The notes below the pieces were generated by a model. The model made no database searches. It worked only from the letters and a program-made list of their open reading frames with translations, and was not told the DNA's origin. A program made the position numbers and the translations under genes. This document shows positions 49,780-59,076 of a DNA stretch of 64,000 bases, in pieces (positions within the stretch are counted from its first letter, which is position 1; the number at the start of each line of letters is the position of its first letter). Location: positions 176,760-240,759 of IMG/VR virus record IMGVR_UViG_3300027782_000027; one strand, written 5' to 3'.

Positions 49780-51458
49780 TGGACAACCTATTCAGACTCA
49801 TCAACGAAAAACATTATGTCGGTCACTATCTCCCCTACAATTCGGTGGGGGATATTGCCGATAGTATCCTTGTAGAACCATTTGGTTTGAAAGATAAATA
49901 TCACGCAAGAGAGTCCTTTGATGGTAAGCACTATGTTTTTACTTTTGATAAATCAGTTAATAACGATAAAGAGGAGTTTGAAAAAAACTATGGTAATCCT
50001 CTTTGTGATGTGACTGTTTTTAGAAGTACTTTTGTTGTTGAGGAGAATGAGGATAAGATTTGCTTAAAAGTATTCTATTGTGGGAAACACAGAAAGGCTG
50101 GTGAAGTATTTTTTCGTAAAAGTACCAAACTAAACTACATTTCATTTAATAAGAAAACCAATATTTTTACGGTTGGTAAAAATACTGAATACCATAAAAA
50201 AAGAGGTAAGGGTAAGGGAAGTGTTCTTAGAAGAAACTCATTCCCCACATCGTTAACTACGGATGCTTATCATTCATTTATGAATGGGTTAGACGATACC
50301 AAAACATATAATTTGGAAATTACCGAAGGTATTAATGTATTTTTATCTAAAATTGGTGCTGAAAAAGTTTTAAACTACATTGGGTTACCGATGTCTTTAT
50401 TTGGATGTTTGTTGGACAAACAAGGTGTTAAGAAACCTGACAATTGGAGAGCGTATTATGATGTATATCCAAAACCAACTAAAAAAGACTATAAGAAATA
50501 CGGATTTAAGATGGTTGATGCTTACATGAAATTAAACAATGTAAGTTCAGAGAAAATTAAAAAAGTATTACATAAAATCCAAAACCCTTGTTTCAAAAGT
50601 ATTAAAATGTTGATGGATATCTTTGGTAGAGATTTTATTTTACAAAGACCTGAAGAAGAATTGTGTATTATTTTTAGTACTAAAAGTGATGAGTCAGCAT
50701 TTGAACCTGCAAGACATTACTTTGAAAATTTCGGTAAAAGGGATATGAGTAATTGTTATCAGATTTACTTATTATCTAAAACCGACCCTAATTTATATGC
50801 TAACACTTTTTACGACCACGTAAGATTTTTTGATATCATCTCAAAAAATGAACCGGTTAAATGGATGTCTAAAACTTTAAAAGAATTTAATGCTGAACAT
50901 ACTATTTGGTCGGACAAAGTTGACTTTTATACTACAGGGAGATATTCAAGACAATACTCTAATGAATTTATTGAACGAGTATCAAAACCAATCATAACAA
51001 GTGATAGAATTACATTTAATCCTGTTATTTTACAAAGTAGTGAGGATTATGTTAATGAGTCAGTACACCAGTCTAACTGTGTAAGAACTTATCAAAATAG
51101 ACCTTCATCATTAATTATATCACTTCGTAAGGAAGATGGTGAGAGAGCATCAATTGAATACAGACCTTCAATCGGTATGAATGAAAATCAACCAGTTATA
51201 TTCAAACGAGTTCAGACACTTGGAAGATTTAATGGTCAATTAGATGACACTTGGGGTAATGCAATTTTTATATTGGATAATAGATTAAAAAGTATCTCTA
51301 ATGAAGTGTGGGGTAATCCTGTTGCTGAGTTTGTTACTGGTGGTGGAAGAAAAGAGTATAACTTCATTTTTGATAAAAATGGACAACTTAACTGGGAACA
51401 TTTAACAAATTCAATTGACATCGGGGACGATTTACCTTACATTGACTTTGAATGGTAA
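49779..51458 (+). CDS. PcfJ-like domain protein
   Basis: ESVHQSNCVRTY, SLR, SIEY, QTLGRFN. Confidence 0.7.
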   Translation: MDNLFRLINEKHYVGHYLPYNSVGDIADSILVEPFGLKDKYHARESFDGKHYVFTFDKSVNNDKEEFEKNYGNPLCDVTVFRSTFVVEENEDKICLKVFYCGKHRKAGEVFFRKSTKLNYISFNKKTNIFTVGKNTEYHKKRGKGKGSVLRRNSFPTSLTTDAYHSFMNGLDDTKTYNLEITEGINVFLSKIGAEKVLNYIGLPMSLFGCLLDKQGVKKPDNWRAYYDVYPKPTKKDYKKYGFKMVDAYMKLNNVSSEKIKKVLHKIQNPCFKSIKMLMDIFGRDFILQRPEEELCIIFSTKSDESAFEPARHYFENFGKRDMSNCYQIYLLSKTDPNLYANTFYDHVRFFDIISKNEPVKWMSKTLKEFNAEHTIWSDKVDFYTTGRYSRQYSNEFIERVSKPIITSDRITFNPVILQSSEDYVNESVHQSNCVRTYQNRPSSLIISLRKEDGERASIEYRPSIGMNENQPVIFKRVQTLGRFNGQLDDTWGNAIFILDNRLKSISNEVWGNPVAEFVTGGGRKEYNFIFDKNGQLNWEHLTNSIDIGDDLPYIDFEW

Positions 51459-51793
51459 ACGAAAAAAAGATATTTCTATTTGAGGATAGATTGTTGGATA
51501 AAGAAGGACTTTTGTCAATTCTTCAGTTATCTGATGGACACAATCTTTCACCTTCTGATTTCTTAAAAAGAGATAACATAGAAAAAGTTTTTATTAACTC
51601 AATCATGTATAGTGATGGTGAGGTTTATTCCGACTTAATATGTAAACTACCCAATGGTAGTTTCATTTATTTATCTAAAGAAGACGGTGTTGAGTATAAA
51701 GTAAAATTATATTATAACGCTGACAAGTTGAGTGAGGTTAAGTTCTTTTTATCTCAACTTTTGAAACAAAAAAAGGAAAGTAAAAATATTTAA
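51452..51793 (+). CDS. Hypothetical protein
   Basis: 113-aa ORF. Confidence 0.65.
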   Translation: MVNEKKIFLFEDRLLDKEGLLSILQLSDGHNLSPSDFLKRDNIEKVFINSIMYSDGEVYSDLICKLPNGSFIYLSKEDGVEYKVKLYYNADKLSEVKFFLSQLLKQKKESKNI

Positions 51794-51797
51794 AAGT

Positions 51798-52103
51798 ATG
51801 GAACAATTAACAAGTAGTCAGATACAAGAAAAGATTAACAACGGGGAAGATTTTATATTAAAGATGCATGCCACATGGTGTGGTCCCTGTAAACAATTAA
51901 CTGAAGAACTAAAGAAAATTACAACTGATGTGTCAATCTATGAGTTTGACGTTGAGAGTGATATTAATTTCTCAAAGAGTTTGGGGGTTAGAAATGTACC
52001 TGTATTAAAATTTTATAAAGAAGGTGTTGATACTCATACAATGGTTGGTTTAAAACCTGCTCAGACTGTATCATCACTAATCCTTGAACACATTAATAAC
52101 TAA
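51798..52103 (+). CDS. Thioredoxin
   Basis: ATWCGPCK, VRNVP. Confidence 0.9.
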   Translation: MEQLTSSQIQEKINNGEDFILKMHATWCGPCKQLTEELKKITTDVSIYEFDVESDINFSKSLGVRNVPVLKFYKEGVDTHTMVGLKPAQTVSSLILEHINN

Positions 52104-52375
52104 TGAGTAAGTTATTGGTAGCGTATACGATGAAAGGGTGCCATTGGTGTACAGAGTTTAAAAAACAACTTAAAGAAAACAAGATTAAGTTTAAGGAACG
52201 AGACATTGAAAAATACGAAGAGGAGTATAACCTTTTTGTAGAAGTGACTGGTAACGATTTTGTTCCGGCATTTATGATTGTTGATACTATAACAGAAGAT
52301 GCTAAGTTGTTCGCACCCGACAGAGATTTTCAGGATATCAACGAAGCTGTTGGAATTATCAAAAATATTTTGTAG
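52103..52375 (+). CDS. Glutaredoxin-like protein
   Basis: YTMKGCHWC, FVPAF. Confidence 0.85.
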   Translation: MSKLLVAYTMKGCHWCTEFKKQLKENKIKFKERDIEKYEEEYNLFVEVTGNDFVPAFMIVDTITEDAKLFAPDRDFQDINEAVGIIKNIL

Positions 52376-52377
52376 TT
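52334..52377 (+). repeat. 44-bp direct repeat, copy 1 (3' end of glutaredoxin gene)
   Basis: gatatcaacgaagctgttggaattatcaaaaatattttgtagtt. Confidence 0.9.
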
Positions 52378-52399
52378 GTGTAATTTTTTCTTATCTTTG
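52369..52399 (+). promoter_or_regulatory. Bacteroidota-type promoter of the R-M cassette
   Basis: TTTG-N19-TATCTTTG, ATG 4 nt downstream. Confidence 0.75.
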
Positions 52400-52403
52400 T
52401 GGT

Positions 52404-53030
52404 ATGGGAAAAATTAACACAATTAAAAAGAAAGATATCATACCATTTCATAATGAATTAAACACAGTTGTTGAAGAATATTGTGATAGAGCTTGGGAGT
52501 CTAATGAAGGTGGGAAGAGAAGAAAAATTATGGGAGACCTTGGAGAAGAGATATCTCAAAGAATATTTGAATATTGTATTAATATTTTAAATATTAAAAA
52601 CACGAGAGTTTATAAAGGGTGTGAGAAAAAAATTATGTGTAAAATAGATAATAACGCATATTTTCAGGCTCAAGTTGATAAGCACATTGAAATTAAAAAT
52701 AATTTAAGAATTATTTGCGAAGCTAAAACTTATTTGGATAAAACTTATGTCGAAAGAGCTAGTAGTGATTTTAGTATAATTAGAAAATATAATACGATAG
52801 GTGATAAGAAAATTTTTAGTTATATTATTTCCTTACAAGACTGTGTTAAAAAAGAAACATTATCTTTTTTTATGAGAGATGGTCATATTGATAATGTATT
52901 TATTCTTATGGATTTAAAACGAAATGGAACTAAACCAATATGGAATCCTAATTTTAGAAAAACAATTAATCTTGATAAACTTTATAATTGTATTTATATT
53001 ATAACAAATAACTTATTAGATGGAATCTAA
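52404..53030 (+). CDS. Putative PD-(D/E)XK type II restriction endonuclease
   Basis: GDLGE, QVDKH...ICEAKTYLDK; overlaps an MTase gene; true start ATG 52404. Confidence 0.6.
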   Translation: MGKINTIKKKDIIPFHNELNTVVEEYCDRAWESNEGGKRRKIMGDLGEEISQRIFEYCINILNIKNTRVYKGCEKKIMCKIDNNAYFQAQVDKHIEIKNNLRIICEAKTYLDKTYVERASSDFSIIRKYNTIGDKKIFSYIISLQDCVKKETLSFFMRDGHIDNVFILMDLKRNGTKPIWNPNFRKTINLDKLYNCIYIITNNLLDGI

Positions 53031-53787
53031 ATTAATATTAGGAGAATGTATTGAGGAAATGAAAAAATTAGAAAAAGAATCTATTGATATGATTCTTTGT
53101 GATTTACCATATGGTACAACACAGTGTAGTTGGGATAGTGTAATTCCGTTTAAAGATTTGTGGGAACAATATGAAAGAATTATAAAACCAAATGGTGCAA
53201 TTGTTTTAACTGCTGCTCAACCTTTTACCTCTAATTTGGTTATGTCTAACACCAAATTATTTAGATATTCTTTAGTTTGGGAAAAATCTAAATCCACAGG
53301 GTATTTGAATAGTAAGAAAATGCCAATGAGAGCCCATGAGGATGTGTTAGTTTTTTATAAAAAATTACCAACTTATAACCCTCAAAAGGTACAAGGGACC
53401 CCTTATGATAAAGGTATTGCTCATAGACCAACAGAAGTTTATCGAGAACAAAAAGGTGAGATACATGTTAAAAATGAAAACGGATTAAGATATCCTAGGT
53501 CGGTACAATACTTTAAAACCGCAGAATCTGAAGGTAAAGTATATCACCCAACACAAAAACCAATTTCAATGTTCGAATGGTTGATTAAAACATATTCAAA
53601 TGAGGGTGATGTGATATTAGATAATTGTTTAGGCGCTGGTACAACGGCAATTGCTGCAATAAGAACTAATCGAAAATATATTGGTATTGAGATTAGTGAA
53701 GAATATTACAATATATCACTTGAAAGATTAAATAATGAAACAAAAGACATCAACAAAGCTGTTGGAATTATCAAAAATATTTTGTAG
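53020..53787 (+). CDS. N4-C/N6-A DNA methyltransferase (beta class)
   Basis: CDLPYG, HPTQKP, VILDNCLGAGTT, YIGIE. Confidence 0.9.
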   Translation: MESKLILGECIEEMKKLEKESIDMILCDLPYGTTQCSWDSVIPFKDLWEQYERIIKPNGAIVLTAAQPFTSNLVMSNTKLFRYSLVWEKSKSTGYLNSKKMPMRAHEDVLVFYKKLPTYNPQKVQGTPYDKGIAHRPTEVYREQKGEIHVKNENGLRYPRSVQYFKTAESEGKVYHPTQKPISMFEWLIKTYSNEGDVILDNCLGAGTTAIAAIRTNRKYIGIEISEEYYNISLERLNNETKDINKAVGIIKNIL

Positions 53788-53789
53788 TT
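53746..53789 (+). repeat. 44-bp direct repeat, copy 2 (3' end of MTase gene)
   Basis: gacatcaacaaagctgttggaattatcaaaaatattttgtagtt; 2 mismatches to copy 1. Confidence 0.9.
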
Positions 53790-53796
53790 TTGTTCC

Positions 53797-54324
53797 ATGA
53801 AGGAACTAACATTTAAAAAGAAAGGGGTAGTTCATACCCCTTTGACATTTTGGCAAGTTGACCCAACATCGAAGATTGCTATCTACCAAGGTGGAAGAGG
53901 GGCTCGTCCTGATTTGGATTTTATTGTAAAACATAAGGAAGAAGGTAAGAGATTACGTACACCGTCACATACACATTGGATTGTTGATTTGATTGCCAAG
54001 AAACAATGTGCTCCGAATGTTATTAAAGGGTTTATTGATGACCTGATAAAAATCTATGATGAAACTGAACCATTTAATTGTGAGACATCAAGAGATACCT
54101 ACCAATTACAGTATGTTAATAAACTCACATCAAAGTATCTTGCGTTACAAGGATGTGGTTATTATTCCGTTGAAGTTTTAATTTCTTTTGTTGAGTTGTT
54201 CTCCAAGTGTGAAAAACAAACACCAGGAGCGTTCATGTTTAGAAACCTATTGGTGATGGTTAAGGGGTATATTGACGGTGATAGAGACTTCTATCAAATC
54301 GTAGGTTACTCTAAACGTGTTTAA
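53797..54324 (+). CDS. Hypothetical protein
   Basis: TTG-N20-TAGTTTTG promoter 4 nt upstream; RLRTPSHTHWIVDL. Confidence 0.7.
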   Translation: MKELTFKKKGVVHTPLTFWQVDPTSKIAIYQGGRGARPDLDFIVKHKEEGKRLRTPSHTHWIVDLIAKKQCAPNVIKGFIDDLIKIYDETEPFNCETSRDTYQLQYVNKLTSKYLALQGCGYYSVEVLISFVELFSKCEKQTPGAFMFRNLLVMVKGYIDGDRDFYQIVGYSKRV

Positions 54325-54947
54325 ATAACGTTCAGGAACAATTTAGACGGTAGTTGATAGTCATCTGATACCTTACCTTCAAAGTTGTCGTTTAATATTG
54401 ACAGAAGAAGTTCTGAACTATAGTAACTATCTGATTTTACTTTGGTGAACTTCAGGTTACCTTCATTACTTTCAAATTCCAATCTAAGGTTTCTGAACTT
54501 AAAGTATGGTTGTGATTTCTCCGAGATTTTATAAAGGTAAGAATAAAGATTACCTAAATAGTTTTTAGAATATCCGTGAGGGAATGTTGATTGTATTGTT
54601 ATTGATGATAGTTTGTTTGCTGTGAAAGTTTCAGGATATTCAAAGATGAATTTGGTGTCTTCAAAGTTTGTGTCTTTGGTATCGTAATCTATGATGTCTA
54701 ACGTTTTAAGGTTAAGTCCTGTTAGGTCTGAATAGTTGTCTTTGTGTTCTTCTATGAACTTATCTGTAAGGTTGTTAAGAACAAAAACATTTGGGTTCTT
54801 TGTATAACCTTTGATGATGAATAGACTATTACAATCAACGACGGATAGTTTAGTTTTGTAGGTGTTATTTTCACTTACTTCTTGACACAAAAAATCTGCA
54901 AACTTATTAACAAATTCTTGATTTAAAATACAACTCTCTTTTTCCAT
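54321..54947 (-). CDS. Hypothetical protein
   Basis: ATG 54947 preferred over TTG 54953. Confidence 0.7.
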   Translation of the reverse strand: MEKESCILNQEFVNKFADFLCQEVSENNTYKTKLSVVDCNSLFIIKGYTKNPNVFVLNNLTDKFIEEHKDNYSDLTGLNLKTLDIIDYDTKDTNFEDTKFIFEYPETFTANKLSSITIQSTFPHGYSKNYLGNLYSYLYKISEKSQPYFKFRNLRLEFESNEGNLKFTKVKSDSYYSSELLLSILNDNFEGKVSDDYQLPSKLFLNVI

Positions 54948-55003
54948 GTTCAATTTTAGAACTAAAATTTTAAAGGTTAAAGTGTAAACTATTTTTTATC
55001 TTA

Positions 55004-56116
55004 TTAGAAATAACTATTAAACTCAATATTGAGACATTTTGTAACGTCGCTGAAATCGGGGTAGTCAGGGGTTCTTCCAGAACTCAACCAACTTAAGTCA
55101 CCACTTTCAAATAAACTTTTAAGTAGGTTGATATAACCTCCGTAATAATTTAAATTTTCATATGGGTTATTTACGTTACTTTCAAACCAAAGTTTAATAT
55201 TATAATGTGCAGTTTTTGTAACTTCATATCTTACGCCATATCTTTCTGTTGATGTACTTTTATTGTAATCGTATTTTTTGTATTTATAATCTTCAGCTTT
55301 TTTATTATCAATAACCTCACCGACTAATTGTCCTATAAGTGAGTCATACAATTCGTTAACGTAAACCGACCCATAACAATTTGAGTATAATGAATATAAT
55401 TCACTTCTTATATCTAATCCTAAGTTCATTATAAAGTATTCAACGCAATCATTATCTTGTAAAAGTTTAGTGATTATCTCTTCATTTAATTTTAAATTCG
55501 ACTCATCACCTTGTTCTTTTGCTAAATCTTCTATTAATCCAGGAGTTTCATAACTGATAGATAAATTACCAATTTTAAGTAAATCTTCTTTGATGTATCC
55601 TCTAATTTCTTCTTGGTATTTTGGCTCTAGTTCTTCATAAATATCTTTGAACTCATCACCTGTTACGTCATCATAAAGATAACCATCATAATCCCCATTT
55701 AATATTTCGGCGATTCTGTCTTCACTAATATCGTTTCTACCACTACTAAAGAATTGTGCCAGTTCACCGGAATCTTGTAAATCAACATAATATTTCCCAT
55801 CAATCTCAGTTATATCTGAAAATTCCATTTCCATCATCTTATAGATGTAATTTGGGTCTTTTTGTATAAATTGATAAATTATTTTATTTTGATAATCAGA
55901 CCAATCATTATTAAAAGGGTCAATGTAATGTGATAAATTATATTTAATTATTAACTCAAAAAATTTATCAAAACTACCTATGGTGTTTTCAATATCCTCC
56001 TCAGTAACATCTCCGTTTTGGAATAGAGTAATAAGTTTTACTAACTTATTTTGGAAACCTGTTAATACGGGTTTTTCCTCTTCTTCGTTTAATTTTTTGA
56101 AAATTTTAAATTCCAT
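55004..56116 (-). CDS. Acidic late protein
   Basis: TATTTATA at 56120-56127 (minus); KKLNEEEE leader. Confidence 0.75.
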   Translation of the reverse strand: MEFKIFKKLNEEEEKPVLTGFQNKLVKLITLFQNGDVTEEDIENTIGSFDKFFELIIKYNLSHYIDPFNNDWSDYQNKIIYQFIQKDPNYIYKMMEMEFSDITEIDGKYYVDLQDSGELAQFFSSGRNDISEDRIAEILNGDYDGYLYDDVTGDEFKDIYEELEPKYQEEIRGYIKEDLLKIGNLSISYETPGLIEDLAKEQGDESNLKLNEEIITKLLQDNDCVEYFIMNLGLDIRSELYSLYSNCYGSVYVNELYDSLIGQLVGEVIDNKKAEDYKYKKYDYNKSTSTERYGVRYEVTKTAHYNIKLWFESNVNNPYENLNYYGGYINLLKSLFESGDLSWLSSGRTPDYPDFSDVTKCLNIEFNSYF

Positions 56117-56128
56117 AATTATAAATAT

Positions 56129-56154
56129 AAAAAAAGAGGAAAAATTCCCCTTTT
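56129..56154 (-). terminator. Intrinsic terminator after the micropeptide operon
   Basis: Minus strand AAAAGGGGAA-UUU-UUCCUCUUUUUU. Confidence 0.75.
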
Positions 56155-56178
56155 AGTTTTCTTATGTTGCGGGAAAGA

Positions 56179-56220
56179 TTATTTTCCACATCCGCAACCA
56201 CCACCGTTGTTGTTCTTCAT
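56179..56220 (-). CDS. 13-aa micropeptide MKNNNGGGCGCGK
   Basis: ATG..TAA between a 41-aa GCGC ORF and a terminator, with an A-rich leader. Confidence 0.5.
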   Translation of the reverse strand: MKNNNGGGCGCGK

Positions 56221-56244
56221 CGTTTTTAATTTATTAGAGGTTTA

Positions 56245-56370
56245 TTACTTTTTCTTGTTTTTGTTGTAGTACTTATCAATAGTACTCTGAACTGCGTTTT
56301 TAATACTCTCAGTTCTTAACTTTTTCACCTGTTCAGGTGAAGCATTTTGTTTTTTACATCCACATCCCAT
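56245..56370 (-). CDS. 41-aa basic peptide starting MGCGCKK
   Basis: MGCGCKKQNASPEQVKKLRTESIKNAVQSTIDKYYNKNKKK; TATTTATA at 56387-56394 (minus). Confidence 0.7.
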   Translation of the reverse strand: MGCGCKKQNASPEQVKKLRTESIKNAVQSTIDKYYNKNKKK

Positions 56371-56460
56371 ATTGTTGGTATTTTATTATAAATATTTACC
56401 ACATGTGATTTAATAGTAAATAATATAGTTATTTTAATATTTATTAATATAATTTTTATC

Positions 56461-57759
56461 ATGAGAGTTAATATAGATATATCACAAATACAAAAGGTTG
56501 TTCAGATGTTGGTTGAGGAAGAAGGACAAGAGAGTGTTGTTATAACACCTGAGCAATATATTGACTTATTAAAGTTTACTGACTATAACGGTAAATTGGT
56601 TCAAAATATGAAACAATTCAGAGGTAAAAGGATTGTTATTGATGGTAATTTAAGTCTGAGAGGAACGGATGCCAACAATATCACAAATATCACAGTTAAT
56701 GGTGGTTTAGATTTAACATATACCAAAATTAATTCTATTGAGGGGATTGAAGCCAAATCTATTTCAACATATGGTACACCATATGAACAAATTCAAATCA
56801 AAAAACAAAGACAGATTGAATTTGAAAAACAAAACGTTTTACGACAAGAGGATGAGTGGAATTTAGAAACTGCAACTAGTGAGATTGCGATTTTGGCAAA
56901 TGTTTTATTTGAATTTTTGACTTCATCTTCTGGTGATTATGAGGCTAAAGAACCTAATCATGATGCAAGGTTACAGGAACTTTATACTGCAAAAGAAAGA
57001 ATGGAGGAAATTGAGAAAGAAACAGAAGATAATGAAAATCTGATGGATTTAGAAGCGGTTGAAGAAGAAATTGAAGAACTTGAAAAAAGAATTGACTTAT
57101 ATAATTTGGTTTATGATTACAAATATTATAGTATGAGAACTTTTTATTTGTTAACTGACGAATTAGAAGAATCAAAAGAAAGATGGGCGGTTGGTGATAA
57201 TTATAGAACCCACATGTCGGCATATGAAAGAATTGATGAATTGATTGATGATATCGGAATAAAAGGTTTTAATTCAAGTTTTGTTGAAGATTATATTGAT
57301 ATTGAAGAACTTAAGGAAACTTTTAGAGACGATGAAGAAAATAATGTTAGAGAAAACCTTGAAGACTTTTTTGACGAGGAAGATTTTGAATATTCAGACC
57401 CAGCAGTTCAAGAAAGAATTGATGAAATTGAATTGTTTTTGGAAGATTCTGAAATAGACCAAGAAAAAGAAGATGAATTAAATGAAGAACTTGATGAGTT
57501 AAGAGATAGTGATAAAACTGTCCCTGAAAATTTAATTGAGGAAAAGGTTGAAGATTTAATTAATGATTTGGTTGATGACCCTGCGAACGTAATTGAAGAA
57601 TATGGTTTGAATATTGAAAACTTTATAGATATAAAAGGTTTTAAAGAAGGGTTAGTTGAAACTGACGGTATTGGTCACACACTGAACTCTTACGATGGTG
57701 ATTACGATACTATTGAATTTAATGATGAAACATATTACATTTTACAAATAGAAGGGTAA
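56461..57759 (+). CDS. Highly acidic late protein with short LRR-like N-terminal region
   Basis: GNLSLRGT/GGLDLTYTKI; D/E-rich C-terminal half; TATTTAT at 56438. Confidence 0.75.
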   Translation: MRVNIDISQIQKVVQMLVEEEGQESVVITPEQYIDLLKFTDYNGKLVQNMKQFRGKRIVIDGNLSLRGTDANNITNITVNGGLDLTYTKINSIEGIEAKSISTYGTPYEQIQIKKQRQIEFEKQNVLRQEDEWNLETATSEIAILANVLFEFLTSSSGDYEAKEPNHDARLQELYTAKERMEEIEKETEDNENLMDLEAVEEEIEELEKRIDLYNLVYDYKYYSMRTFYLLTDELEESKERWAVGDNYRTHMSAYERIDELIDDIGIKGFNSSFVEDYIDIEELKETFRDDEENNVRENLEDFFDEEDFEYSDPAVQERIDEIELFLEDSEIDQEKEDELNEELDELRDSDKTVPENLIEEKVEDLINDLVDDPANVIEEYGLNIENFIDIKGFKEGLVETDGIGHTLNSYDGDYDTIEFNDETYYILQIEG

Positions 57760-57760
57760 A

Positions 57761-58522
57761 ATGGAAACAAAACCAAAAAGAAGAAAATTAAAAAAAGACA
57801 ATCATTTTAAGTTATCAACAGATTGGTTGTTAACAGAACCAGTTGACTACGAACATAAGTATTATATGTTGATGGACTTCTTAAATTTCTGTGACGATAA
57901 AATTGAAAAGTTTGAGTTGTATCCGTTATTCAGTGAAATGTCGTTACACTTAGCAAATCTACAAACGATATCTTCAGAGTTCAAATACATCATTGTTAAC
58001 AAAAAATTTGAAGTCATTGACGATGAAATATTAATCAATGAACTTAAATTTACACCAATCCCAAAGTTAGGTGATGATGAGTTAGAAGAACTAAATAAAA
58101 TTCTAAAATATGCTGGACCGAAGTTTTTTGAATACTTTAATGTCATCAAAGCTCTTTGGACATTAACATACGACTCGGTTTCAATCAAACATACCAACGA
58201 GAATAAAAATCAGAGTTTAGAAACAGGATATTTTTTTACACTTAAGGGTAACAACAAAAGGATTTGGAAGTATGTGGCAGGTGATGTTAACACGGTTAAA
58301 CACGACAGTAAATTTGCGGTTCAGTTGATATTTGATGGTGAAAGTAAAAAGGTTATCAAAACAATATTAAATGAATTAACCCAAGATATAAGTCTACCTA
58401 TATTTGAATTAATGTCATCCAACGACTTACCATTTGAGAATACACTCCTACCAATCTTTAAAAGAAAGGTATTAAGTTACATAGTTCAGAAAAAAACAAT
58501 TGTTAATCTAAAAAAAAATTAA
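57761..58522 (+). CDS. Hypothetical protein
   Basis: WLLTEPVDYEHKYYML. Confidence 0.7.
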   Translation: METKPKRRKLKKDNHFKLSTDWLLTEPVDYEHKYYMLMDFLNFCDDKIEKFELYPLFSEMSLHLANLQTISSEFKYIIVNKKFEVIDDEILINELKFTPIPKLGDDELEELNKILKYAGPKFFEYFNVIKALWTLTYDSVSIKHTNENKNQSLETGYFFTLKGNNKRIWKYVAGDVNTVKHDSKFAVQLIFDGESKKVIKTILNELTQDISLPIFELMSSNDLPFENTLLPIFKRKVLSYIVQKKTIVNLKKN

Positions 58523-58534
58523 TACTTTTGTAAT

Positions 58535-58696
58535 ATGGGGTTCAACAAAAAGATTGTAGGAGAATTACAAATACATGAAATAGAAATGAACCCCGAAAAT
58601 ATTAAGTATTATCTTAACGCTGATGCTATATTATTTTCATCTAAAGAAATTGAAATTAAATTTAAAGAATATGAGAAACAATATAGACCTGAATGA
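58535..58696 (+). CDS. Small hypothetical protein; missing from ORF track
   Basis: MGFNKKIVGELQ...QYRPE; TTG-N20-TACTTTTG promoter 4 nt upstream. Confidence 0.65.
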   Translation: MGFNKKIVGELQIHEIEMNPENIKYYLNADAILFSSKEIEIKFKEYEKQYRPE

Positions 58697-58871
58697 AGTT
58701 CTGTTAAGAAAACTTGAAAAACCAGTTCATATCAATTACATTTGTGATTATATCCTACGAGTTGGAATCGACGAAACAAGAAAACGAATTGAAAAACTTG
58801 TAAGTGAGGGTATACTTGAAGAAAGTAAATATGGAAAAGAATATTATGTCAGAGCAAAAAGAAATGGTTAA
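58671..58871 (+). CDS. Small winged-helix-like protein
   Basis: ETRKRIEKLVSEGILEE..YYV; ATG 58671 preferred. Confidence 0.55.
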   Translation: MRNNIDLNEVLLRKLEKPVHINYICDYILRVGIDETRKRIEKLVSEGILEESKYGKEYYVRAKRNG

Positions 58872-59076
58872 TCACCCATCACATTATGGTGGTGAAGATA
58901 ATCCATATGAAGCAATCAAAGTCATTGATGAGTGGAATTTAGGATTTTGTCTTGGGAATACAGTTAAATATATCTCAAGAGCGGGTAAAAAAAATAAAGA
59001 AAAAGAATTGGAAGATTTAGAAAAAGCTCTGTGGTATCTACAATATTATGTAAATCAAAAAAAATATGAAAAGTAA
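58846..59076 (+). CDS. DUF3310 family protein
   Basis: VNHPSHY, GFCLGNTVKYISRAGKK, EDLEKALWYL. Confidence 0.85.
   Translation: MSEQKEMVNHPSHYGGEDNPYEAIKVIDEWNLGFCLGNTVKYISRAGKKNKEKELEDLEKALWYLQYYVNQKKYEK

Noticed and set aside
52299-52403. N-terminal extension of the endonuclease ORF
   Set aside because: It overlaps glutaredoxin and lies upstream of the promoter; ATG 52404 is preferred.
54312-54332. Imperfect palindrome at a convergent gene overlap
   Set aside because: Short and mismatched; compatible with chance in AT-rich DNA.
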